Below are positions 32,236 through 45,700 of a DNA stretch of 64,000 bases, piece by piece. The position numbers and the translations under genes were made by a program. Positions within the stretch are counted from its first letter, which is position 1, and the number at the start of each line of letters is the position of its first letter. The notes under the pieces were generated by a model, which saw only the letters and a program-made list of their open reading frames with translations, had not been told where the DNA came from and searched no databases. The stretch lies in assembly GCF_009914755.1 (NCBI RefSeq), contig NC_060925.1; one strand, 5' to 3'. Origin of the DNA: the human T2T-CHM13v2.0 reference genome, Homo sapiens.

Positions 32236-32669
32236 TGTTGTAGTTGAATTGTGTTCCTTCCAAAAGATATGTCCAAGTCCTAATCTCTGGTACCTATGAA
32301 TTTGGCCATATTTGGAAATAGGGTCTTTGCAGATGTCATGTTCAAGATCTTAAAATGAGATCATCCTGAATTCAGGATGGACTTTAAGTTCAGTCACTTT
32401 TATCCTTATAAAAGAAAAAGGAAGGAGACTTGAGAAACTGAGACACAAGGAAGAAGGCCGTGTAAAGATAAGGGGCAGAAAGTGGAGTGATGTTTCCAGA
32501 AGCTGAGGCACACCAAGAACCACCAGAAGCTGGAAAAGGCAAGGAAGAATCATCCCTGAATCCTTCACTGGCACCTTGAGTTTAGATTTATTGTCTCCCG
32601 AACTGTAAGTTAGGATTGAGGCTCACTTTTTCTCTGTGCATCTCTGGCAGCCCCCAAAAAACTAATACA
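32236..32669 (+). mobile_element. Solo MLT1 (MLT1B/C-like) LTR
   Basis: TGTTGTAGTTGAATTGTG..TTTGGAAATAGGGTCTTTGCAGATGT..AAACTAATACA. Confidence 0.9.
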
Positions 32670-32926
32670 AGGTGGTTTTCCTAAGAAGAGAAACCACACG
32701 AATAACATTAGCTTCACTGTCTTCTAGTCTTATTCTATGTACATCATTAAATAACTCCCCTTGAAAGAAGGAAATGAAATTATTCAGAAAGTAATTAAAA
32801 AGACAATAATCTGTGCTGGTCTTCATCTGCCAAATGTATTATTCTCCAAAGTCACAGCCAAAAGAAGTTTTGAATGTCATTCCAAAGTGGGGAAGACGAA
32901 GAGTGCTGTAGTCCCCAGTTCCATAT

Positions 32927-33290
32927 TGATACCTTTTGGGCTCTGTGTTCCCACCCACATCTTATCTTGTAACTCCCATAATTGCCACATGTAGGCGGGA
33001 CCTGGTGGGAGATGATTCAATCATGGAAGCTGGTCTTTCCTGTGCCATTCTCGTGATAGTGAATGGGTCTTATGGGATCTGATAGTTTTAGAAATGGGAG
33101 TTTTCCTACACAAGCTCTCTCTTTGCTGGCTGCCATCCACATAATATGTGACTTGCTTCTCCTTGCCTTCCACCATGATTGTGAGGCCTCCCCAGGCATG
33201 TGGAACTGTTAGTCCAATAAATCTTTTTCTTTTGTAAATTGCCGAGTCTAGGGTATGTCTTTATCAGCAGCATAAAAATGGACTAATACA
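32927..33290 (+). mobile_element. Solo THE1 LTR (THE1C-like)
   Basis: TGATA...AATAAA...GGACTAATACA. TSD CATAT/TGTAT. Confidence 0.93.
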
Positions 33291-33469
33291 TGTATCAATC
33301 ATAGGTTAAAAAAAAAATTCTGAGTAAGAATATAATTCTTTTTTTCCAAAGCTAACATCAAAGAATTACCTAATTTTTTTTTTATTTTGTTTTGGGCACC
33401 TTTGTTCAATATGAGGATGAATTTACTAATTGTAGTTGAAGTTCATATTAAGACAATGGTATCACTTTG

Positions 33470-33814
33470 TGGTACGGTTTGGCCGTGAACCATTCAGATC
33501 TCAACTTGAATTGTATCTCCCAGAATTCCCACGTATTGTGGGAACAGGGAGGTAATTGAATCATGAGGGCTGGTCTTTTCCATGCTATTCTCATGATAGT
33601 GATTAAGTTTCATGAGATCTGACGGGTTTATCAGGGATTTCCGCTTTTGCTTCTTCTCATTTTCTCTTGCCACCACCATGTAAGAAGTGCCTTTTGCCTC
33701 CTGCCATGATTCTGAGGCCTTCCAGCCATGTGGAACTGTAAGTCCAATTAAACCACTTTTTCTTCCCAGTCTCTCGGGTATGTCTTTATCAGCAGCATGA
33801 AAACAGAAAATACA
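33470..33814 (+). mobile_element. Solo THE1 LTR (THE1B/C-like)
   Basis: TGGTACGGTTTGG...AAAATACA. Perfect TSD CTTTG at 33465-33469 and 33815-33819. Confidence 0.93.
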
Positions 33815-34307
33815 CTTTGTGAAAAAAAAATAAAAGGACCACGTTCTACAGAACTTGAAAGGTAAGCAGACTGTGACATGTTATGAGAGCTTCAATGGTA
33901 TAACACTAGTCTTTGATAACGATTCTGTACTATGTAAAAATTATTTTGGAATCAGGATTTATAAAATATTTACAAATGTAAAGAAGCTTAATGAAAGAAA
34001 AAAGCAGAATATCTTTCCACACTCAGAAAACTGGTTTAATTGAAATCAAAACAGCTCATTTCTATTCTTGATTTACTCTTAGATCTTAGTTTTCATTAAA
34101 TGGCCTTTATTAATTAAAAAATCATGCATTAAGCACCTATTGTGCATTGTTTATCTATAAAATCACTTAAGGTTCTCAACAAACCTATAAAGCAATATTT
34201 TTGTCAGCAACTATTTGGTTGCAAGTAAAACTCTTTCAAATGAGCTTAGAAGAAATTTTATGGAAGGATACAATTAGTCATCTCACTAACATCCAAATGT
34301 AGACTTC

Positions 34308-34709
34308 TGTTATGGACTGAATTGTCTTCCCCCAAAAATTCATGTGTTAATCCCTCAATACCTCAAAATGTGACTGTATTTGGAAATAGTGTCTTTGCAG
34401 AGTTAATTATGCTAAAAGAAAGTTATTAGTTTGAGTCCTTATAAGGACTGGTATCCTTATAAGAAGTCTGGACATAGACCCATACAGAGGAAAGACAGTA
34501 TGAAGATGTAAAGGCATAGGAAGAAATGGCCATCTACAAGTCAAAAAGAGAGAAATGAAGCAGATCTGTCCTCATGGCCCTAGAATAAACTAACTCTGCT
34601 AACACTTTAGTCTTGGACTTCTAGCCTCCAGAATTATGTGAAAATAAATTTCTGCTGTTTAAGCCACTCAGTCTTGTCCTTTATTATGCAATTCAAACAA
34701 ATGAATACA
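34308..34709 (+). mobile_element. Solo MLT1 (MLT1A/B-like) LTR
   Basis: TGTTATGGACTGAATTG...GAATACA. Perfect TSD ACTTC at 34303-34307 and 34710-34714. Confidence 0.92.
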
Positions 34710-34744
34710 ACTTCTATTACTGTTTCTACAGCTACTTCTAATAA

Positions 34745-34990
34745 CCAAAATTTTAAAAAAATACAGTACCAGATAAAAATCTAAGTGCTTTACATGTATT
34801 AACCCATTTAATTCCAACACAAATTCCATAATGTAAACATTGTTATTATTGTCATTTTATAGAAAAAGAAAATTAGAAGTAAATGATAGTTAACTTGCTC
34901 ACACAATGAGAGATTTTGGAATATAGGTTTAGAACCAGGCCATTTAACTCTAGAGCTCACATTCTGAACATCTGCATACCATACTCTGTC
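34745..34990 (-). mobile_element. MIR
   Basis: CTAAGTGCTTTACATGTATTAACCCATTTAAT..TAACTTGCTCA..TAGAACCAGGC..ACTCTAGAGC. Confidence 0.8.
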
Positions 34991-36849
34991 AGAAACAAAG
35001 CACAACTGGATCAAAGGACTTAAAACTCAAGAGCTTGACAATGGCTTCTGTTTTTCATGTGGTCTAATGGTCTCTCCTCCATCTGGCTACATGTGTCTGT
35101 AAGATACTCTTTTCTCTACAGATCAGGTCCCTTGGGAAGTCCCTTTGCCCAGTTAAGCTATCCCTCAAAAATTTATTTCCTTTTCTGAGTCACAGTATGC
35201 AAAATCCATTATTCCCATCACTAAAAAAATAAAAATAAAAATAAAATAAACAAGTAACCCACCACAACACTGCCTGATTTCAATTTTTTTTTTTCCCCAT
35301 GTGGATGTTTACTGTTCCTCATTTCTTTTTCTACTCCTCATGTTCTCGCTAACTTCAAAGTATAGAGGTCAATTTAAATTCTCTTTCGGGTTGAGGACTG
35401 CACCAATTCTTCACCATGCACTGTTTACTTTTTCTTTTTGTTTTTACTTTTTTTTCAGTAATAAAAACAATAATAAAGTTTACTTTGAAACACATGTATT
35501 AAGTTCCTCCTTACACTTAAAACTGTGCTGAGTCCTGGAATAACTGAAGGAGACAGCATTGCTTCCCTATAAAAACTATAAATATGGGAGACTCATATCT
35601 GTATCTACCATCTAAAAGATATACCTATTCAAATAAGTGCAAACAGATTCATCTACGCACTAAAAGGTCAAACAGGCAGTCTATCAAAAGTGTTGCATTG
35701 TTAGTGGAATCACTGCTTTCCATTTTAAATGGAAGCTAAGCTCTGTTGATGCATACATTGTTTTGAAATGAGAATGTGCCCTTTCCTATTTATTCCAGAT
35801 GCAGCAGTTTTATGAGTCAGCTGTAACACTATATTTTTGCATGGGATAATTATGACCATAAAGGGAATTGTATGGTAAAAACTACAGAACCTGTCATTAG
35901 GCAAGAAGATGACCTTTTTACTCAGCTGTCTTGCCAAATTTTAGCAGATTCTTCACATTTGGGAGGAATTTATGGCCACTAAAGGAAGCCTGACTGCCAA
36001 CCATAAGACTGAAAGTCCTTATTTCTTTTAAAAAATGTGTATATGCAAACAGTGACAACTCATAATTCATATTGGCTCCAAAACTCTCTATTCACTAATT
36101 TTCTCCTGAGCATCGAGACTTGGAGTTTCTTCTACTCTATACTCCATGCCCTGCCCCTCCACCCAAGGCTGTTTTCTCTCCTTAATCCTTATGGGTATGT
36201 CTATTTAGTGATAGTCTACAAAGACACTTGGAAAAGTTTCGATTTACTAGAGTAGAATTTCCCAGGAGGATCCTCTATTTTGGACCAGAAGGAATGAGCC
36301 TGGAAGTTTTCAAAGTTACTTACCAAAAAGCTCTTTGGGATATCTCACAAATAACTTAGTTCACCCTGATAACCAAGAGAAGAGAATGTTAGCGGAGCAA
36401 TCAGGTGACAGAAAAGACCACATGATGCATCCTTTTTGTCTGTATCAGGCATCCAATATGTGAGCAATAAACACAAGTCTATCTCCTTGCTAAATGAAGA
36501 GATTAAAGGGCAGAAGAAAAACAACATAATTAAGATTCCAATCGAAATTAATTATGACATAATTTTAAAATAATTTATTAAATATTAAAAAGATAATTGA
36601 TTAAAATAGGGGCATGTAAAGATAATCTTGGAATGATACATATTTTTATAAGAATCATACAATGCTATAAATTTTAAAAGGCTACTATTGATTAAAAATT
36701 AAGTTTCCCATGTCTACTTTTTCTTGGATAAAATAATAAAAACTAGCTTTAAAAATGTTTGCAGTGCACATACATTTATAAAGAGATTACAAAATAAGAA
36801 AGAGACAAATCCTCTAGTAATAACAATAGACAAATAATATGACCAAGTA

Positions 36850-37135
36850 TTGTGGGTTAAATTGGATTCAAATCCAATATCTAATGTCCTTAAAAGGCAA
36901 GAGTAATTTGGACTCACAGATCCAGAAGGTAGACAGCCATATGAAGAGGGAGGCAGAGATTAGAGTTTGCTTCCACAAGCCAAAGAATGCCTGGGGCTAA
37001 GAGAAGCCGGAAAAGGCCAGGAAGGATCCTACACTAGAGGCTTCTGGCCTCCAGAAGAATGAAGCAATACATTTCTGTTGATTTAAGCCCCCCAGTTGCA
37101 GTAATCTCTTATGGTAGTCCTCAAAGATGAATACA
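36850..37135 (+). mobile_element. MLT1 LTR 3' fragment
   Basis: GGAGGCAGAGATTAGAG..CCACAAGCCAAAGAATGCC..CTTCTGGCCTCCAGAA..GAATACA. Confidence 0.85.
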
Positions 37136-37599
37136 CCAAGCAACTGACATAAAAACAAATACAAATGGCCTATGAATATTAAAAGTCAATTTGAGCATCT
37201 TTTAGTAAATTACTGGGCATTTGCACTTTTGCCTCTACCTTTGCCCCCATCTATTTCATTCTTCACGGAGCAACCAGAATATTCTTTTTAAAAAGTACAT
37301 CCGATTCAATCAGTCTTTTACAAAAAAACAACCAATATTTACTGTATTAGGATCAGTTTAGTTCGAAGTAAGAAGAAACTCAAATATCAGTATCTTAAGC
37401 AACAGAGACTCGACAGCATCAGGAAGGATTCACCTGCATTAAATCCATGAATCCACTTCTCCATTCTCTGATTAATATTGTATAATACTATTTCCCATCT
37501 CTTCCCTACTTATCCTTACTATTCTGTTTTCTACAACTCAGAGGTCTTGGTCATTAATATCCCCTAATTGTTCAAACTCTTTTGTTGTTCTATTGATTG

Positions 37600-40500
37600 C
37601 ATTCTCCCCTTGGGAGTCTCTGCTTTCATTGCAGAGTCACTCTTAAATATTGACTATGTCTCTCATGCTCCTTATGTTCTGAGCCAGGAGGGTGTGATAT
37701 GTTCTTCTTGATGCACATTAGTGCTTCATGACCATTTTCCTCCATCTCCCTAAAAAAACTTAGGTTTGAAGTTGATGCCATTAGACCATGCTGCTAGCCA
37801 TCCTTCCATGTTGCACTCATCCTGAGCCCTTTATAATTCTTCGAAGGTTTTAGCTCCTTAGTTTCACTCTTTTCAGTGTCATTTGTTATAATTCTTGATA
37901 ATGTCATTATTCATTTAGATGATCTTTCCAATCCACTGGTCTCGGTTCCTGGACTCCACTGCTCCCATAGGTTCATCTTCTCTACTTTAGCCATATCATC
38001 TTATGGTTTATTCCTTATACTTCATCACTATTAATAGCTACACACCATTCTTAAACTTGATTCCATTCACTGAAAACAATCTCCTATCACTACAGTTTAG
38101 TACTGCATATCCATGGGACTACAATCCATTGAATTTACTTTTTCACTGTGCCTCAGTTCTTCTCAGTCCCTCTTCCTCACTTCTTCGTTTTTCCTCTGTC
38201 TTCCTTCTTCCTTGCCCTTTCCCTTTTCCTTCATCCAGTTCTTGACTTCCAGATTCATCAACTTAAACTAAATGATCATTCATTGTAATCACTCTCATTT
38301 AAATCAATGACCCCCAATATCATACGATCCTTAGTGTTTTTGAATAACCCTACATTTCTTTGGTCTATTCAGTTATATTCCTAAGCAATTATTTCATACT
38401 TTTTACACTCTTCAAAATGAACTCCTCCTTAAACATCTTCACTCTTAATGTTGCGTCTTACTTTACGGTGAAAATACAAGCAATCAAAAGAGAACTTTCA
38501 CATGCTCCCACCACTAAATATTCCAACCACCAGCATCTATGTCTGTAGACTTTATCTGTCACCCAGTTACAAATGATGAATTGTGCCCTGTATAAAGCCA
38601 TCTTCTACATTTGTGAACCAGATTCCTTCCACTTTACCTGTTTAAGAACATTACCCTAGCAACTCACTCCTCTCTTAATTGCATCATTATTTTTTTCTGG
38701 TAAAAGTGGATTACTTAATCTTCATACATAAATGTTATAACATCTCCCATCTTTTAAAAAATATTTTTTCAGTATGTAACATTATTTTCCAGAAACTATT
38801 CCATTTTTCTGCCCTCTTTAAAATCATAATACCTCCCAGTTCTAACTTTCTCTCCTCTCCTTTCTTTCTCTCTTAAGTTGACTCTAGTAAGGCTTCTATC
38901 TCCATTACAGCATAAAATTACTCTTGTCATTAAAAAATATACTGGTTAAATATTGGCTGTCTTCAGACTTAACGCATCAACAAGATTTGATTCAGTCAAT
39001 CCCTCCCTCTTCCTTGATGTATGTTCTTCACTTAACTCTCAGGATACAATAATCTTAGTTTCCTTCTATTTTCAGGAGAATCAGTTGGTTCTTCTCTTCC
39101 ATCACTTTTTTAAATTAAAAAAAGTTTCTAAAATCGTTTGAGATTTACAGCAAAATTAAGCAGAAAATGTAGAGAATTCACTTGCACCCACCCATGCACA
39201 ACCTCCCTTATCGTCGACATACTGCATCAGAGTGGTTCACAGGTTACAGGTGATGAACCTACCTTGACACATCACCCAAAGTCCATGGTTTCCATTAGGG
39301 TGTATGCTTGGTGTTGAATATTCTGTGGGTTTGGATAAATGTGTAATGGCATGTACCCATCATTATAGTACCATATTTAACAGTTTTACTGCCTTAAAAA
39401 TTCAATGTTCTCTACTGATGTATTTTTCTTTCTGTCCCCAACCTTGGCGACCACTGATCTCTTTACTGTCTCCATAGTTTTGCCTTTTTCACAATGCTGT
39501 ATAGTTGAAATCACACAGTATGTAGCCCTTTCAGATTGGCTTCTTTAACTTAGTAATATACATATGAATTTCTTCCATGTCTTTCAGTGGCTTGATAGTT
39601 TATTTGTTTTCAGCACTGTATAATGCTACATTTCCTTAATGTACCAGTTTGTTTGCCCACTCACCTACTGAAGAAGATCTTGGTTGCCCACAAGTTTTGG
39701 CAATTATGAATAAAGATACTATTAATGTCCATGTGCAAATCTTTGTATGAGCATACACTTTCAACTCATTTAGGGAAATATCAAGTAGCACAAGTGCTGG
39801 ATTGTATATTAGAGTATGTCTAATTTTATAGAAAAAACTGCCTAATTATTTACCAAAGTGGCTATATCATTTTACATTTACATCAGCAATAAATAAGAGT
39901 TTGTGTCGCTCCACATCTTCACCAGCATTTGGTGTAGTCAGTGTTCTGGATTTTGACCATTTAAATACATGTGTAGTGGTTTCTCATTGCTGTTACAATG
40001 TTCATTTCATTGATGACATATGGTGTTGACCATATTTTTGTACGCTTATTTGCCATCTGTATATCTTTTTTCATGAGGGTCTGTTCCCTATATTTTGTCA
40101 AATTTTTCATGGACTTATTAGTGTTCTTACTGGTGAATTTTAAGAGTTCATTGTATATTTTATGTAAAAGTCTGTTATCAGATATGTCTTTTGCAAATAT
40201 TTTCTTATACTATGTGGCTTACCTTTTCATTCTCTTAAGAAGCATTCTTTGGAGGGCATACATTTTTAATTTTAATGAATTCCAACTTATCAATTTTTTC
40301 ATGAATCATGCCTTTGGCATTATATTTTAAAACTCATTGCCATATCCAAGGTTACTTAGATTTTATCCTATGTTATATTCTAGGAGTTATATAGCTTTGC
40401 ATTTGGATGTGCAGTTGTTCCAGCACCATTTGCTGACAAGACTATCTTTCCTCTATTGTATTGCTTTTTCCCCTTTGTCAAAGATTAGTTGACTAGTTTT

Positions 40501-40960
40501 GTTAGGTTTTATTTTGGGGCTCTCTTTTCTGTTCCATTGAAAACTTTGTCTGTTTTTTCGTCAGTCCCACCCTGTCTTGATTATTGTCGTTTTATAGTAA
40601 GCCTTGAAGTTGGATAGTGTCAGTCCACTGACTTTATTCTTCTTCAATATTGTGTTGGCCATTGTGGGTCTTTTGCCTCTCCATATAAACTTTGGGACTT
40701 CTATGTTTAATGTCAGAGTGCTCCATGACTCAATTCTTTGTCTTCTTTTCATATCTATTTATATGGATATGAAACAGTGTTGATAACAGTATTCAGATCT
40801 TCGACCATAAATGCCATCTGAATATTAACAACTCTAAAATTTATATTTTTTAGAAAAGACTTCTCTTCTGAACTCTTCTAATATTTCCAACTGCTTTACT
40901 AGATATTTCTATGCACCTTTGTGGTTTAGATTATACCAGAACTAAACTCTTTGGTATACA
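37600..40960 (+). mobile_element. L2 LINE body (37600-39104 and ~40700-40960), split by an L1MC insertion
   Basis: Pyrimidine-rich L2 ORF relics: EN-like ATAATTCTTGATAATGTCATTATTCAT..GATGATCTTTCCAAT, and RT-like CATCAACAAGATTTGA and GAGTGCTCCATGACTCAATTCTTTG. Confidence 0.7.
39106..40697 (-). mobile_element. L1MC1-like 3' fragment
   Basis: TTTACAGCAAAATTAAGCAGAAA..GATGAACCTAC..CACCCAAAGTCCAT. Minus-strand [35 protein letters not shown] is an ORF2 relic. Confidence 0.9.
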
Positions 40961-42354
40961 TTTTCTCTGTCACTGAGGTCAGTTTTTAGTATTTTAACGA
41001 TACAATAAAATGTTAAATAGGAAACCGAAACCTAAAGGGAAAGAGGAGTAAATAGATTTTTAAGCAAACGTGGCATATGCACACATATCATAAATATATA
41101 TATTTATTTTGTATATTAATATAACATTTATGACACAATGTATGTGTTATAATAATATGAAGTATATTCATACATAAGTAGAGAATGTTTAAAGTATTTT
41201 CCTCCATTGCCAAATAAAGCAGAGATTCTTCTTTGAGGTAGTGGATAAGCTTCAGGGAGAAGTAAGAATTCTATGCATGTTATTTTGCAGATTGGAAAAA
41301 GCTAGGGACTTCAGTGGGAAGCAATTGCATTGGCAATGCTGTTCAGCCAAGGCTCTACTTTTAAAGGCTGGTATGTACATAAGAAACTGAGAAGAAAGCT
41401 CTTGATTTGTTTCTCATGTACATGTAGATAATGGAAGAGAATTGCTAATGACTGTCAGGTTTCTCTTTGTGTGAGTCTCTTTAAATATGTCATTAATTTG
41501 AATGCCTCCCAATTGGTAATTCCTTTGAGAAGAATTTAATTTTTATGTATGTATTCAATGAGAAATGAAGTATTTTGGCTCTGGCAAGTTTTTGAATCTC
41601 TTATACCATATGTGTCTTGTTTACCAGCACTTACAAGAAAGTCTGCCATAGGGTAGGTATTCAATATTTGCTTCAGAATTGGGTGCTAGCCTACATGTTT
41701 CCTCTATTCTCTTACTTTGGCAACATGTATTCTTGTTGCTATATATGTTTTTTGTCTCAAGTGTTATCCTGTTAGATTTTTGCAAAAAAAAAAAAAACAC
41801 ATACACACATACAAGAAAGCCAACAGACTATAGTCTAAAAGATCAAAATGCAAAATTACTCACAAAGTGAACACTGTTCTCTCCAACAATATGGACAAAT
41901 CCTGGAGGAATGAGGGAAACAGCAACAATTTTTCTGAAGACCCTAAAATTCCATGAAGAAGGAATGTGCATGAAGCCAGTTTCATAAAGCAGAGCTTCTT
42001 CTTCGAAAAGTTCAGGATGGAAATTTAATCAAATTATTTGCCAATATGAAATTCATCAAATAGACCTATGTGAAAATGAAATTTTCAATAAAACTGTAAA
42101 ATGTAGACCCAAGACACTATAACTTGAAGAAAACTGAGATAATTGATTAGATGCTTTAGTTTAGAACACTAATGAAAAAAATTAGAAAATTTTGACATCT
42201 ATAATGATAAGATACATTAATTAGAAGAGCAAAAATTTACTTTTGGCCAGTGTTTACACGTACAACCACACAGGTGTTTGCTGTACAACTGCAATGTGCA
42301 ACCTATACACCTAAACATAACTGATAAATCATTATTAATCAAGCACAGAATGAT

Positions 42355-42700
42355 TTGCATGCAGCTTCTCATTTAATCATCACAACAATCTCATAGCAAG
42401 ACGTTTTAATATGTGCCAGGTACACTGGCATGTGCCTGTAATCCTAACTGGTTGGGAAGATGACATGGGAAGACTGCTTGAGCCTAGGAGTTTGAGATAA
42501 GCCTGGGCAACATAGCAAGATTCTATCTCAAAAAAAAAAATAAGAAAGAAAGAAAAAATATGTTTAGTGCCCTTTTTACATGTAAACAAATTGAGATATA
42601 CAGATACTAACGTATATATCCCCAAGGTCTTATAGCTAGTAAAAAGTGGAGATGACATTAAAACCAACACCTATTTGACTCCTAAGCCCAATTTTCTTTT
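42355..42700 (-). mobile_element. MIR interrupted by a FLAM
   Basis: TCTCATTTAATCATCACAACAA..TTTTACA..CCCAAGGTC..AGCTAGTAA. Confidence 0.75.
42414..42556 (+). mobile_element. Monomeric Alu (FLAM-like)
   Basis: Single monomer GCCAGG..GCTTGAGCCTAGGAGTTTGAG..AGCCTGGGCAACATAGCAAGA plus A-tail. TSD AATATGT. Confidence 0.88.
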
Positions 42701-42789
42701 CACTTAGCATCTTTATCTGAAATAGCACTATCAAAATAATTATTTAGATTTATATTTATGTGATAAATACAATTTCTTTTGAAAAATAG

Positions 42790-45700
42790 TTTTACTCTTT
42801 ACTTTATTTTATATTTTTAAATTTCAACTCTTTTTTTAGATACAGGTGGTACATATGCAGGTTTGTTACATGGGAATATCGTGTTTTGCTGAAGTTTTAA
42901 AATATAAATCCCGTCACCCAAGTAGTGAGCATGGTACTCGATAGGTAGTTTTTTAAACCACTTCTCCTTACCTACCCTCTAGTAATCCACAATGTCTGTT
43001 GTTCCCATATTTATGCCCATGTGTGTTCAATGTTTAGCTCCCACTTAGAAGTGAGAACATGTAGTATTTGGTTTTCTGTTCATGCATTAATTTGCTTAAG
43101 ATTATGTCCTGTAGCTCCATCCATGTTCTTCTAAAGGACATACTTTTATTCTTTTTCTGGCTGTATAATATTCATAATGTATATGTACCACACATTTTCT
43201 TTATCTAATCTACCATTGATGGGTACCTGGGTTGATTCCACATCTTTGTTCTTGTGAATAGTGCTTCAATGAACCCACAAGTGCATGTGTCTTTATGGTA
43301 GAGTGATTTATTTTCCTTTGAGTATATACCCAGTAATGGGATTGCTTGGCTGAATGGTAGCTCTGTTTTGGATTCTTTGAGAAATCTGTTAACTGCTTTC
43401 CACCGTGGCTGGAGTAATTTACACTTCCACCAACAGTGTATAAGCATTTCCTCTTCTCCACAGCCTCTCAAGCATCTATTTTTTTCTTTTCACTTTTTAA
43501 TAACAGCCATTTTGACTAATGTGAAATAGTGTCTCACTGTGGTTTTGATTTGCATTTGATAAGTGATATTGAGCATATTTTCATGTTTGTTGGTCACTTG
43601 TATGTCTTCTTTTGCAAGGCATCTATTCATGTCCTTTGGCCATTTTTTAATGGGGTAATTTGTTTTTTTGCTTGCTGATTTGTTTAAGTTCCCTATAGAG
43701 TCTGGATATCAGACCTTTGATACACAGTTTGTGAAGAATCACATAGGTAGTTTGATATAAATAGCATTGTATCAAATGTATAGAATCTGTAAATTGCTTG
43801 GGCAATGTGGACATTTTTATGATATTGATTCTTCCAGTACATGATCATGGAATGTTTTTTCATTTATTTGTGTCATCTCTGATTTCTTTCAGCAGTGTTT
43901 TGTAATTCTCCTTGTAGAGATCTTTCACCTCCTTGTTTAGCTGTATTCTTAGGTATTTCATTTCCTTTGAGCCTATTGTAGGTGGTATTGTGTTCTTGAT
44001 TTCAGTCTCAGTCTGGACATTGGTTGTGTGCAGAAATGCTACTGATTTTTTACATTGATTTCCCCATTCAGTATGATGTTGGCTGTGGGTTTGTCACAAA
44101 TGGCTCTTATTATTTTGTGGTATGTTCCTTTGATGCCTAGTCTGTTGACAGTTTTTATCATGATGCGATGTTGAATTTTATTGAAAGCTTTCTCTGTATC
44201 TATTGAGATGATAACATGGTTTTTGTTTTTGATTCCGTTTATGTAGTGAATCACATTTATAGATTTGCATATATCGAACCAGCCTTGCATACCAGCAATA
44301 AAGCCTACTTGATCATCATGTATTAACTTTTCAATGTCCTGTTGGATTTGATTTGCTAGTGTTTTGTTCAGGACTTTTGCTTCTATGTTCATGGGGGACA
44401 TCAGTCTGAAATTTTCTTTTCTCAGTGTGTCTCTGCCAGATTTTGGTATCAGGCTGATGCTGGCTTCATAGAATGAAATCGAGAGGAGGCCCCTTTCCTC
44501 AATTTTTTGGAATAGTTTCAATGTCTGATAGGATTTGGCTGTGAATCCATCTGTTGCAGGGCTTTTTTTTTTTTGGTTGACAGGTTATTACTGATTCAAT
44601 AACAGAAGTTGATATTGGTCTAGTCACGCTTTCGATCTTTTCCTGATTCAATTTTAGGAGATTGTGTGCTTCTAGGAATTCATTCATCTCCTCTAGATTT
44701 TCTAATTTGTGTGCATAGAGTTGTTCATAGTAGTCTCTGAGGATCTTTTGTATTTCTATAAGATCAGCTGAAATATTACCTTTGTCAGTTTTGATTGTGC
44801 TTATGAATCTTTCCTTATTTTTGTTTGTTAATCTAGCTAGAGGTCTATGTGCTAGCTTTGAGATTGGTTTGTTCTTTTTTTTTTTTTTCCTAGTTCCTTT
44901 AGGTGAAAAGTTAGATTGCTAATTTGACACCTTTCTAACTTCTTGATAAACATGTTGAGGGCTATAAACATCCTTATTAATACTGTTTTAGCTGCATCCC
45001 ATAGATTTTGGTAAGTAGTGTTCTTATTTTCATTAACTTCAAATTTTTTTTATGTATGTCCTAATTTTGATGTTCATCTAGGAGTTATTCAGGAGTAAAT
45101 TGTTTAATTTCCATGTATTTGTGCAGTTTGGGAGCTCTTCTTGGTCTTGATTTCTATTTTTATTGCACTGTAGTCTGAGACTGTGTTTGGTATTATTTCA
45201 CTTTTTTTGAATTCTTTGAGACTTGAGCATGTGGTCTATCTTAGAACATCAAAAGGGTATTTTTTTTTTGTCATTGTTGGCTGTAGTGTTCTATAGATGT
45301 CTATTAGATCCAATCGATCAGTCTTGAATTTAGGTACAGAGTTTCTTTGTTAGTTTTTTGCCTTGATTATCCGTCCAGTGTTGTCAGTGGGAGGCTGAAG
45401 TCTCACACTATTATTGTGTGGTTATCTAAGTTTTTTTCACAGAGCAAGAAGAAGTTGTTTTACGAATCTGCGGGCCCCAGTATTGAGTGTGTGTATACTT
45501 AGGATACTTAAGACTTCTTGAGGTATTGTACTCTTTATCATTAACTAATGCCCTTCACTGTCCTTCTTAATATTTATTAGTTTAAAGTCTGTTGTACCCA
45601 ATATAAAAATAGTGACTCCTGCTCTTTTTTGTTTCCCACTTACATGGCAGATCTTACTCCACCCTTTTACTTTGAGCCTGTGGGTGTCATTATATGTGAG

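Noticed and set aside
32927-33814. Possible two-LTR THE1 provirus
   Set aside because: Each LTR has its own TSD, the LTRs differ internally, and the 180-bp spacer does not look like THE1-int.
35330-35460. Segment next to a T-run, suspected to be a small-RNA or processed pseudogene
   Set aside because: I recognise no match to Y, U, 7SK or tRNA sequences or to any protein, and there is no clear TSD.
44039-44521. 160-aa minus-strand ORF with RT-domain motifs
   Set aside because: It is a residual open stretch of an old, internally deleted L1 ORF2 with no promoter or ORF1.
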